The translations under genes were made by a program, and so were the position numbers. 64,000 nt of DNA from an uncultured bacterium (GTDB taxonomy: Bacteria > Babelota > Babeliae > Babelales > Vermiphilaceae): contig OY968764.1 of the NCBI GenBank assembly GCA_963695335.1, positions 256,001-320,000 on the forward strand, written 5' to 3'. The first letter of the stretch is position 1; each line of letters starts with the position of its first letter. A model generated the notes under the pieces. It saw nothing but the letters and a program-made list of their open reading frames with translations. It ran no database searches and was not told the origin of the DNA. This document shows positions 38,595-47,985 of the stretch, piece by piece.

Positions 38595-39533
38595 ATGAAT
38601 AATAAAATAATACTCTCTTTTATTATCTTTTGTTGTAGCAACACATTAATAAACATGGAACTCCACAGACTACATCCAAATCAATCACAAACCTGGTATT
38701 TATATAAAGAAATTAACGTTGCTGAAAAAACAGTTGGTACTTCTCAAAAAGATATTTTAAGAAAATGCGAAGAATATTATATTACCTCAATATGTATTGA
38801 TCCTTCCGAAACATCATTAGGCATAGCTTCTTGTGACCAAAAAGTACACATTATGGATATACAATCAGAAGAAATAATTATGTCTCTTGATTGTAAAAGT
38901 GATATAGCTTCAATTTGTTTTGATCGTTCTGGAAGAGAGTTTGCAATAACATCATACAACTCAACAACACATATTTTGAATATTAAAAGAAATGAACACA
39001 AAAAAATAATACCTAATCTTTCTTATTCCGTTTTTGATTACAACAAAGAAATATCTTCTATTTTTTTCGATAACTCCAATAATGCTCTTGGCGTAATACT
39101 AGATCGCAGTGATAGCACAATGAATATCATCAATATTCCCCAAAACAAAAAAGTATTTTCTTTTGATTATCATGAATATATTAAATTAGGATCTGTTTCT
39201 CCATCAAAAAAATATTTTATAACTACATCTGGCACAAAGCAAGCACGTTTATTTAACTTAACAACAGGCCAACCAACGTGCGTATTTACATTGCGAGGTC
39301 CAGCAAGTGCTTTTGCATTTGATAATAGAGAAAACTTACTTGCAATTGCATCCACTGAACCAAAAGCTCACACCAACGAACATAAAGTTCGTATTTTTGA
39401 TTTAAAAACATTTCAAGAAATTGCAACGTTCGGAAATAAAAAATATATTTCCACTGTTGCCTTCAGCTCTTCAGGAAAAACATTAGCATTCGGTTCTTTT
39501 GACGGCAAAGTATATCTTTTTAAAAGAAGATAA
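38595..39533 (+). CDS. Secreted WD40-repeat protein
   Basis: Signal ending LIN|MELH; repeated SICF/AF-D/S..G..LA..S.D..V.I.D blades. Confidence 0.8.
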   Translation: MNNKIILSFIIFCCSNTLINMELHRLHPNQSQTWYLYKEINVAEKTVGTSQKDILRKCEEYYITSICIDPSETSLGIASCDQKVHIMDIQSEEIIMSLDCKSDIASICFDRSGREFAITSYNSTTHILNIKRNEHKKIIPNLSYSVFDYNKEISSIFFDNSNNALGVILDRSDSTMNIINIPQNKKVFSFDYHEYIKLGSVSPSKKYFITTSGTKQARLFNLTTGQPTCVFTLRGPASAFAFDNRENLLAIASTEPKAHTNEHKVRIFDLKTFQEIATFGNKKYISTVAFSSSGKTLAFGSFDGKVYLFKRR

Positions 39534-39537
39534 AAAA

Positions 39538-39559
39538 AGGGTTGGAAATTTCCAACCCT
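39538..39559. terminator. Palindrome/terminator
   Basis: agggttggaaatttccaaccct perfect palindrome after an A run. Confidence 0.65.
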
Positions 39560-39613
39560 ACACTCGTTCCACACGTATGGTAACTAAATTATCTGATACA
39601 AAAATCTTTTTGA

Positions 39614-40108
39614 TTAATGACATCTTAAATGTAATTGCACTAAATCTTTTTTAATAAGTTCACGAAAATCATCAGAACATTTGTTCCAATCAACAACATC
39701 AACTTTATAAGGCAAATCAGATTCCTCAAAATTGTTAATTATATTTTTTAAAAAATCATGTAATTCTTGTGAAAAACCAGAAAAAACAGAGATAATTTTC
39801 TGTGCTTCACTTTCTTCATATGAATGCTCTATCAAATTGCGTTTTTTAAGAAAATCAAACCATAATTCCGGATCTTTAATAAAACCTTCAAGTCCTGCCA
39901 TACGAAAGGCTTCTTTTGGAGAGTTTGCCACTTTACCACGTACACCCAACAACCGTTGCATTATCTTCCATGATAATTCAAAACAGTATTCAAATGTTTG
40001 AATTGCTCCTGCTTGTTCTTGTTCAGTCGTAAGATTTTGCCGAAAAAGTTCAAACTTTTTAATTGCTTTTAAAAACGGCTCTATATTTACAGTATCAATT
40101 AAAATCAT
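39614..40108 (-). CDS. HEPN (HI0074-type) protein fused to the C-terminal remnant of a minimal nucleotidyltransferase
   Basis: AIQTFEYCFELSWK, SPKEAFR, RNLIEH; tail FEESDLPYKVDVVDW typical of MNT C-termini. Confidence 0.8.
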   Translation of the reverse strand: MILIDTVNIEPFLKAIKKFELFRQNLTTEQEQAGAIQTFEYCFELSWKIMQRLLGVRGKVANSPKEAFRMAGLEGFIKDPELWFDFLKKRNLIEHSYEESEAQKIISVFSGFSQELHDFLKNIINNFEESDLPYKVDVVDWNKCSDDFRELIKKDLVQLHLRCH

Positions 40109-40128
40109 ACTATTTCCTTAACCTAAAA

Positions 40129-42921
40129 TTACACTCGCCCAGCACGTACAGTGATCAACTTATCCGATGCAAGAATATTTTTAACCGCCCTTTTCATATC
40201 ATCAAGCGTAACTTTATTGATCTGTGCAGCACGGTTATTAAAGTAATCAGCAGGAAACTTAAAGCGATCAACATATAAGAATGTTCTTGCCATATCACTG
40301 TTAGATACAAAATTATCAACAAGTGTATTAATAACCGCAGCTTTTGCCTCTTCAAGATCTGTTTCTGTTAATGTATCAACCACTGTATCAATTGTGTTTT
40401 TAATGGCTTTTTCCGCTTCAGCAAGTCTATCAACTGAAACAATAGTACGCACCTGGAACATTCCCGGTTGTTCATCTGTTCCTGCAATCAATGATCCACG
40501 AATCGTATAAAACAGTCCTGTTTGTTCACGTAAATCAAACAAACGAGAACTCATAGAACCCAATACACCGCCACCAAATATTTGATCAAACAATAAATAT
40601 GCATCAAAAAGAGGATCTTTGCGATCAATAGATAACTGCGCTAAACAAAGAACAACTTGATCACGATTAATAGGATAATTAATCTCTTGCTCTGGAGCAG
40701 GAGATAATTGTGGATAATCCAAATCATTAACAACCGATCCCTGCCAATCTCCCAAAACTTTTTCTAATTCTTGCTGTAAATCATAATCATCCAAATCACC
40801 AACAATCGCTATGTGTGCGCCAGAAGGAGAAATAAATTTTCTATAAAGATCCACTAAGTCTTGACGCGTAATTGCTGTAATAGATTCTTCTGTTCCAATA
40901 CCCTGTTTACTGTATGGATGACCTTTATAAATAACTTCACGCACCAGATGACCAACAAAAGAACGCGGTTCATCCCAATATTGTTTAATATCAGTTAACA
41001 GTTGATCACGTACTTTTTCTATTTCTGATTCTGGAAACGTTGCGCGCGTTAAAACTTCTTTGAGTAATTCAAGTCCAAAAACAAAATCAGATTTAAGCAT
41101 TTTTAATGCAACACCACCGGGATACACATCTAATGACATGCCATGTGATTCAATGGCATCTGCAAGTTCTTCACCACTATAGTTTTGAGTTCCTTCAGTC
41201 ATCATATCAGTCATAAAACCATATAATCCCTGTTTATCCTGAGGATCAAAATAAGAACCACGAGCTTTAAGCTCTACTATAATGTTGATTTTAGGAGTCA
41301 TATTATTGTGGTGATACAAAACTTTTAGACCATTTGAAAGATGCACTGTTTTTGGTTGGGGGAAATGGAATTGTGTTGGTAATTGAACTTCAATTGTGTT
41401 TGCATATACTGGCCCACCAACTTCAGTGTCTCGTATCCGTGCAGAAAGAATTGCTTCATCTTCTTTATCTGATTCTTCTTGCAATACCGCCCATTCATCT
41501 TTTTCTGATTGTGGTAACGGTAATACAAAACCTTTATGCATCACAGCAGGACGGAAATATAAACGCACCAATTCTTCTATTTGTGCTTGTAACAACTCTT
41601 CTGGTTGTTCTAAAGAAGTAAATACATAATTTTCATCACCAGTTGCCAAATAAGCTTGCCCAATTGCAAATGCTTGATCATCGCTTGCTTCAAGAAGACT
41701 ATAAAATGCCATTTGCGTTTTTTTAAATCCTCTTTCAAACTCATCGGCGCTCATACCATTCTGCGCAAGATCTTCTAATTCTGCCAACATAATACGTTCA
41801 ATTTCTGAAGCATCTTTTATATTTTTAGGCTCCATGACAATAAAAAAAAGACCGTGATCAAACAAGTTCCAATAACCTGTTGATACACTGGTCACCAACT
41901 GAGTTTCATTAACCAATTTTTTATATAATCGTGAACTTTTTCCTTTACCAAGAGCCCATTCAAAAATATCAAGCGCGGTATCTTTTTTATCAACAGCTCC
42001 TGGAACAACAAATGCATACGCAAGCGTTGGTTGTGCAACTTCACGGTATAATGTTAATGATTTTGATGCAATGTCACGGTGAAAAAAGTTTTCTTTTTTT
42101 CTATATTCTGGATCTTTTGGAATTTCACCAAAATATTGATTCGCAAGTTCTACTACTTCATCGGGATTAACATCACCAACAATAACGAGTGTTGCATTGT
42201 TAGGCTTATAATGTTTCTTGTAAAACGCCAATAAATCTTTACCAGCGACGCTCCATAAATCTTGTTTGTAGCCAATGATTGGAAAATGGTACGGATGCTC
42301 TGAAAAAATCATACTGATCATCTCTTCCATCAAAGAACGGTCATACTGATCTTTGTACAGCTTAAGTTCTTGAATCACCGCTTTCATTTCTGAATTAAGC
42401 ATATCGTCATCAAACAAACAGTTGGTCATGCAGTCAGCAACAACCGGGAACGCTTCACGCCAATGATGAGTTGGGAAACTAAACTGATATCCAGTAAAAT
42501 CATGCGAAGTAAATGCATTACAACTACCAGAAAGTTTATGAACAAGAATGTTAATATCAGATTCAGATAATGTATCAGTACCTTTAAAAATCATATGCTC
42601 AATAAGATGTGCTATACCTTTTTCACCGGTCAATTCATCTTTTGAACCAACGTTGTACCAAATCTGAAACGATACTTTGGGAATTTCATGAGATTCGCGG
42701 ATTAAAATAGTTAATCCGTTGCCTAATACCCTTTTTATTACATGCTGATGGATTGATTTCATAGAACCCCCTGAATCTGTTGGAATATCATCATTGTTGA
42801 CATCACAAAACAACGATGCATTCAAAATAAACAAGCCTATAAGAATTACAGAATACCTAAGAGCGGATAATTTAACAAGATAAGCACGCATACACAGTAC
42901 CTCAATATCAAAGATTTTCAT
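40129..42921 (-). CDS. M16 zinc metallopeptidase (two-module, PqqL-like)
   Basis: VGSKDE..G.AHLIEHMIFKGT inverted HXXEH, NAFTS.D.T.Y, SRLY, SRLF..LRE..GL; start uncertain. Confidence 0.93.
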   Translation of the reverse strand: MKIFDIEVLCMRAYLVKLSALRYSVILIGLFILNASLFCDVNNDDIPTDSGGSMKSIHQHVIKRVLGNGLTILIRESHEIPKVSFQIWYNVGSKDELTGEKGIAHLIEHMIFKGTDTLSESDINILVHKLSGSCNAFTSHDFTGYQFSFPTHHWREAFPVVADCMTNCLFDDDMLNSEMKAVIQELKLYKDQYDRSLMEEMISMIFSEHPYHFPIIGYKQDLWSVAGKDLLAFYKKHYKPNNATLVIVGDVNPDEVVELANQYFGEIPKDPEYRKKENFFHRDIASKSLTLYREVAQPTLAYAFVVPGAVDKKDTALDIFEWALGKGKSSRLYKKLVNETQLVTSVSTGYWNLFDHGLFFIVMEPKNIKDASEIERIMLAELEDLAQNGMSADEFERGFKKTQMAFYSLLEASDDQAFAIGQAYLATGDENYVFTSLEQPEELLQAQIEELVRLYFRPAVMHKGFVLPLPQSEKDEWAVLQEESDKEDEAILSARIRDTEVGGPVYANTIEVQLPTQFHFPQPKTVHLSNGLKVLYHHNNMTPKINIIVELKARGSYFDPQDKQGLYGFMTDMMTEGTQNYSGEELADAIESHGMSLDVYPGGVALKMLKSDFVFGLELLKEVLTRATFPESEIEKVRDQLLTDIKQYWDEPRSFVGHLVREVIYKGHPYSKQGIGTEESITAITRQDLVDLYRKFISPSGAHIAIVGDLDDYDLQQELEKVLGDWQGSVVNDLDYPQLSPAPEQEINYPINRDQVVLCLAQLSIDRKDPLFDAYLLFDQIFGGGVLGSMSSRLFDLREQTGLFYTIRGSLIAGTDEQPGMFQVRTIVSVDRLAEAEKAIKNTIDTVVDTLTETDLEEAKAAVINTLVDNFVSNSDMARTFLYVDRFKFPADYFNNRAAQINKVTLDDMKRAVKNILASDKLITVRAGRV

Positions 42922-43040
42922 CCATTTTTTTTAATAAAAAACAGCATAGCTAAAAACCTCTGGCATTTCAAAGAACATAAAAAAAGGCCCCCGAAAAATT
43001 CAGGAGCCTACAAATATTCATTTCTTATGTATAAAAATTA

Positions 43041-43730
43041 TTATTCTTTTGATGATGAACTCATATCTCTAGAAGTAGATGATTGATTTGGTTCAAAAGA
43101 ATGATATTCATATTCTTGCTGTGGAATTGTACTTGATCCATAATTTGTTTGTCCGAATGATCGAACCCAATCAGTAAATCGACTCCAAAGGCTTTGTTGT
43201 TTTGGCATCATATATCTTGTGCCAGATATTCTTCCTTTTTCCACATCAAGAAGTCGTTTTCTCTCCTGAGCTGCTTTTGCCTTATATTCAGGACTAGCTA
43301 ATATCGCTTCACGGCGGTTAATATCTTTTTGAGACATCTCTTCACCCAGTAAACTTCTCATGTATTCAGGGTGACGACGTACAAACATTCTTTCTTCAAA
43401 TTCTTCTTTGGGCTCATAACCTTCAATAAACTGATTATAATATTCATGACGTGTAGAAATAGGCAAATTTTTCACATAAAATTGACCTTCTCTATGATAT
43501 CCTTCAGGAGCAACTTCACCGACTTTGGAAACAGGTATATTTGCTTCAGATATAGGCTTATATAATTTTTTTCTAAAATTATTTAGACCAAAAACACCAG
43601 GAAAAGGAGAATCTGGACGTAAATTAGACATTTTAGGCGTAAATCTAATATCCTCATCTTTAATTTGACTTCCCTTCACCGTTACGCCAACCGCCCCTAC
43701 CAAAAATAACATTATTGTTACTTTTTTCAT
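43041..43730 (-). CDS. Hypothetical secreted low-complexity protein
   Basis: Signal ending VKG|SQIK; Ser-rich tail; GGGG RBS. Confidence 0.7.
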   Translation of the reverse strand: MKKVTIMLFLVGAVGVTVKGSQIKDEDIRFTPKMSNLRPDSPFPGVFGLNNFRKKLYKPISEANIPVSKVGEVAPEGYHREGQFYVKNLPISTRHEYYNQFIEGYEPKEEFEERMFVRRHPEYMRSLLGEEMSQKDINRREAILASPEYKAKAAQERKRLLDVEKGRISGTRYMMPKQQSLWSRFTDWVRSFGQTNYGSSTIPQQEYEYHSFEPNQSSTSRDMSSSSKE

Positions 43731-43777
43731 AATGACCCCTTTATTAAAATAATAATATAAATCATAATCTTATTCTA

Positions 43778-43805
43778 ATAGTAACATTGCGGGGGGGGCA
43801 GTCAA
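43778..43805 (-). promoter_or_regulatory. Sigma70-type promoter with a C8 tract in the spacer
   Basis: TTGACT-gccccccccgcaatgt (16 bp)-TACTAT, with extended -10 TG. Confidence 0.55.
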
Positions 43806-44055
43806 TGGTTTACTACATGGTATAAGAAGAAAAAAGAGAAATAAGCTGCCGAAGAAGTATTTTGAAGAATATGAAATGAGTTAGACTGAAATAAGAAGCC
43901 AATTTTCATATCCTTATTTCAATTTTGAGGCTTATATTGAAATAAGAACAACTTTTTCAATATTTTGGAAAAGAAACATTATTATGTTATTGTATAAAAT
44001 ACAATTTTAAAAAATAATAAGACTTATCTTCAAAAATCAAAAACTCTTGCGCCTT

Positions 44056-45183
44056 ATGCATTTTATCACACAAAATTTTCATCTTATTAATATTTCACCA
44101 CTTTTTCTCATCACCCTCTCGTTTATTATTGGGATTATTTTTCATACACTCCTTATGCCATTATCAATACTTTGTGCAACACTTCTCTGTTTCGTTCCTT
44201 TTTTACAACAACATGCATTCTTCAAACAACTTATACTTTGTTCTTTTTTTATATACGCTGGAGCATGTTTGCATCACAAAGAACTACGTGATTATGATAA
44301 TTTTTACACATTATTTGAGAACAAAAAAATTACCATCACCGGAACGGTTATTGATAAAAATGAAGTGATATCACAGTACAAAAAATTAGACGCTATTACT
44401 GTTGCAATTAATACTATTGCAACAGACCAATTCGCTCAAACAAGCAACAAAACAATGATTTTTTACACAAAAAGCAACACTTCCATCTTTGTGGGCGATA
44501 CAGTCGCATTTTACGACATACTATGCAAACGACCTTCTAGTAATGATTTTCAACGCTATCAGATCAAAGAACAGGTTGTTGCAACAATTTTTGACGATGC
44601 ACCAAAATACAATATAAATCATCACCCAACATGGTCGTTGCGCAACTGGATATGGAAACAAAAAAAGAGACTTTTAGACAGTTTAAAAAATAAGTTTTCT
44701 GATACCTGTTTTCGTTTTTTTACATCACTTTTTTTGGGTAATCGCGCTTGTGTTAAAAATTCACTTGAAGCTACAAATGAACAGTTTAAAATTTGGGGAA
44801 TTTCACACTTTCTTGCACGTTCAGGATTGCATTTGGCACTTTTTCTTCTGATCTGGCACACTATTTTTTGTTTTATTCCCATTCCACTCACAAGCAAACA
44901 ACTCATTGTCACATTACTCAGCTGTACTTATTTTATATTAACGTGGACATCTGCCCCATTCACACGATCATTTGCCCTTTTTATGATTGGTAAATTATGC
45001 TTATTCACCAAAACATCATTTCACTTGCTCCACTATGTAACGCTCGTTTGTTTGTGTTTTTTATTATACTGCCCTCTTTATCTTTTTTTCCTCGATTTTC
45101 AACTCAGTTTTATATTAACTTTTGCACTCGCTTGGTTTAACCAATTATCAGCTCAATACCGCCCACAACAATCAAAATATTGA
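44056..45183 (+). CDS. comEC: ComEC/Rec2 competence channel protein
   Basis: N-terminal TM and OB-like region, SLFLG, F..WGISHFLARSGLH, PFTRS, FQLSF. Confidence 0.85.
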   Translation: MHFITQNFHLINISPLFLITLSFIIGIIFHTLLMPLSILCATLLCFVPFLQQHAFFKQLILCSFFIYAGACLHHKELRDYDNFYTLFENKKITITGTVIDKNEVISQYKKLDAITVAINTIATDQFAQTSNKTMIFYTKSNTSIFVGDTVAFYDILCKRPSSNDFQRYQIKEQVVATIFDDAPKYNINHHPTWSLRNWIWKQKKRLLDSLKNKFSDTCFRFFTSLFLGNRACVKNSLEATNEQFKIWGISHFLARSGLHLALFLLIWHTIFCFIPIPLTSKQLIVTLLSCTYFILTWTSAPFTRSFALFMIGKLCLFTKTSFHLLHYVTLVCLCFLLYCPLYLFFLDFQLSFILTFALAWFNQLSAQYRPQQSKY

Positions 45184-45252
45184 TTATTACCACCCTTTTT
45201 GCCTAGCATAAGAACATGTTGGCTCGCATAAAACCAAAAAAGGAGACGCGCA

Positions 45253-46758
45253 ATGTTAAAGTTTATTTCTCGATTATGTAACAAAAAAATACATAATCTC
45301 ATTCTCATCAGTTTATATTTTACGTTAGGAACAAACAGCACAAAAGCGCGTAATACATCATATGACATGCAAAATGAAGCTTCTTGTGAAATGTGCTACT
45401 GTGACTTTTGTAATGAAATCCGCAAAGAAAGCTCAATTAAAACATGCAAAGAAAACTGTACAAAAAAAGCAAAACAGCAACATAACGACAAACATAAAGA
45501 AAATAAAAATATTCCAACCAAGCGCGTCATGATGATATACATGGCAGCGGATAATGATTTACGACCCTTTGCTGCGCGCAACATTCAACAAATGGCAAAC
45601 ATTGGTTCAAATCAAAATATCACCATTGTTGTTCATTTGGATATTCGCATATCAGGCAACAAAAAAATAACACGTCGTTACTTAATTGAAAAAGACCAAG
45701 TGTTGCACATTGACCCTTATAACCCTCTTACGCAACAAATGGATAGCGGAAACCCTGCAACACTCATTTCTTTCTGCGAATGGGCTATTAGAAACTATCC
45801 CGCAGAAGAATATGATCTTATCCTTTGGAATCATGGCACTGGAATTCTTGAACCACCTCATGGAAAAATTATAAACCCTATGGATCTGTTTGTATTCAAT
45901 CCAGCAACTCGTCTTTTTGATCTTGATAGATCAGTTGGTTTTATGGATATTATTGATCACACAGATCAACAATATCGTGGCGTCTGTTGGGATGATTCAA
46001 CAGGAAACTATTTATCTAACAGAAAAATGGAAATTGCCTTACAAACAATATGTCAAAATTATCTTGGTGGTAAAAAGTTTGGCATAATTGGTTTTGATGC
46101 ATGTCTTATGTCGATGATAGAAGTGAGTAGTTTTATTAAAAAATATGCGCACGTAATGGTCAGCTCTGAAGAAGTTGAACTTGGAATGGGATGGAAATAT
46201 GATGAAGTACTTTTCCCATTTCTTAATAATAAATTAGACACCTTCTCTTTTGCTCGTCATATTGTTGCAGCATATGAAAGAACATATCAAACAATCACTA
46301 ATGATTACACCCTGTCTGCAATAAATCTTGATTTTATTAACATGCTTGAACAAAATGTTGATCAAGTTGCAAAAATGCTTATAGAAGGTCTTGATAAACA
46401 AAAAGTTGTGTTTGGGTCCATCATAAAAGAAAGTAAAAACAAACTACTTTGCACACACTTTGATGAACCAACATATATTGATCTTCATCATTTTTATAAA
46501 AATCTTACAACCAATCTGAAAAAGATAGCCGCCACCAACAGCTCACTGCTTAAAAACAATCTCCTTACTAAATTGAACGAAGGCATGCAATTAATCGAAG
46601 AGCTAGTAATTGCAAATGCTACGGGTAAAAACTTAAAAAACGCTCAAGGAATTGCAATATATTTCCCTGAACGTGGCATTCATAATTCATATCAAGAAGC
46701 TGTATTCTTGGCATCTAATGCATGGGGAAGCTTACTCATGCGCTATCTTTTTGGCTAA
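45253..46758 (+). CDS. Clostripain-family (C11) cysteine peptidase
   Basis: MIYMAADNDL, LWNHGTG (catalytic His), GFDACLMS (catalytic Cys), SEE, TLSA, GIAIYFP. Confidence 0.9.
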   Translation: MLKFISRLCNKKIHNLILISLYFTLGTNSTKARNTSYDMQNEASCEMCYCDFCNEIRKESSIKTCKENCTKKAKQQHNDKHKENKNIPTKRVMMIYMAADNDLRPFAARNIQQMANIGSNQNITIVVHLDIRISGNKKITRRYLIEKDQVLHIDPYNPLTQQMDSGNPATLISFCEWAIRNYPAEEYDLILWNHGTGILEPPHGKIINPMDLFVFNPATRLFDLDRSVGFMDIIDHTDQQYRGVCWDDSTGNYLSNRKMEIALQTICQNYLGGKKFGIIGFDACLMSMIEVSSFIKKYAHVMVSSEEVELGMGWKYDEVLFPFLNNKLDTFSFARHIVAAYERTYQTITNDYTLSAINLDFINMLEQNVDQVAKMLIEGLDKQKVVFGSIIKESKNKLLCTHFDEPTYIDLHHFYKNLTTNLKKIAATNSSLLKNNLLTKLNEGMQLIEELVIANATGKNLKNAQGIAIYFPERGIHNSYQEAVFLASNAWGSLLMRYLFG

Positions 46759-46823
46759 AAACAATACAGTGCATTGCTTAGTATATTTTGCATATATTAA
46801 GCAATGCACTATTATTAAAAATT

Positions 46824-47396
46824 ATGAATCAAAAAGAAACAAAAAGAGTTTTATTAGAAACATTATACGAGCCATATAAAAAGTGCATGTCATGCCCTCT
46901 TGCAACCCTCGGCAGACAAACCGTTGTCTTTGGAGAAGGCAACCCTGACGCTCAATTTATGATTATCGGAGAAGCACCTGGGCAAAAAGAAGACGAACAA
47001 GGAAGGCCCTTCGTTGGAAGATCTGGCAAGCTCCTGACAAATATATTGACCTCTCTCGGCATAGATAGAAAAGAAATATTCATCACCAACATTGTTAAAT
47101 GTCGCCCTCCTCAAAACCGCAAACCAACTGCACTAGAAAGCAAAACATGCAAAGATATTCTGCTTATTAATCAGATCAATATCATCAAACCAAAAGTCAT
47201 ATGTACCCTTGGATCATCTGCCATAGAAGCTCTCCTTGGAAAACCAATTAAAATGGGTGAAATTCATGGCCAACAGCTTATTTTTGGCGCAAGCATCATC
47301 ATTCCAACCTATCATCCAGCCTATGTTCTGAGAAATCAAAAACTGACAGCTAACTTTAAACATGATATACAAACATCCTATTCTCTTTGTAAATAG
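46824..47396 (+). CDS. udg: Uracil-DNA glycosylase family 4
   Basis: C..C.L, GEG, IGEAPG..ED..GRPFVG.SG, NIVKCRPP.NR.P, TYHPA. Confidence 0.95.
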   Translation: MNQKETKRVLLETLYEPYKKCMSCPLATLGRQTVVFGEGNPDAQFMIIGEAPGQKEDEQGRPFVGRSGKLLTNILTSLGIDRKEIFITNIVKCRPPQNRKPTALESKTCKDILLINQINIIKPKVICTLGSSAIEALLGKPIKMGEIHGQQLIFGASIIIPTYHPAYVLRNQKLTANFKHDIQTSYSLCK

Positions 47397-47455
47397 TTGA
47401 ATAAAAACATTTATGTTGCTAAACAGTGTAAAAATACACCAAGAAAACCTCAGGG

Positions 47456-47786
47456 GTGGTGCATAAGTGGTTGATAAGTGGTGCATAAGTGGTTGATAAG
47501 TGGTGCATAACTTTTTTTGCACTATATTTTTTTACACTCAAATACAGTGATCAGATAGCCATATCCAGAGTTATCATACACAGAAATCCTCACCTAGTCA
47601 TTGTTTTTAGAGTTATCCACCAGTTATGCACCACTTATCAACCACTTATGCACCACCCATTTTAAAAAAATTATATCGACCAGATCGCTCTTTTAGAAGA
47701 AAAAATGGCAAGTTATGCACCACTCACCCCTTCGCCTATTATTATTATATATATATATATTTAATTATAAGATAATAATAACAGGC
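47456..47786. other. Probable chromosomal replication origin (oriC)
   Basis: Five 11-bp units on the minus strand (47456-47510), four on the plus strand (47613-47656) and one more (47713-47723), TTATGCACC/TTATCAACC/TTATCCACC; then gcc-(tat)4-(at)6 AT-rich tract; G/C skew reverses here. Confidence 0.8.
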
Positions 47787-47985
47787 ACCCCTTGCATTTG
47801 TTTTTATTAAAAATCAAAAAAACCAGTTTGCCATTCCTTAAAAACAAGGGAATTACTGTTTTCTATTGCCAGAAAAAAATAATTATAATAAGCTTTGATA
47901 ATAAGCTTTGATAGAATCTTATCAAAAAACGATCTTTTTGGTCGTTGTAAAATTAATTAATATCATCATCACTTTGAGGTTGCTT

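Noticed and set aside
47456..47656. 11-bp repeats as a CRISPR array or as the ORF 47214-47522
   Set aside because: Units are contiguous with no spacers and no cas genes; the ORF merely translates the repeats and overlaps udg antisense
47908..47985. Extended nusA start
   Set aside because: GAGG plus GTG at 47986 fits better; the extension is not NusA-like
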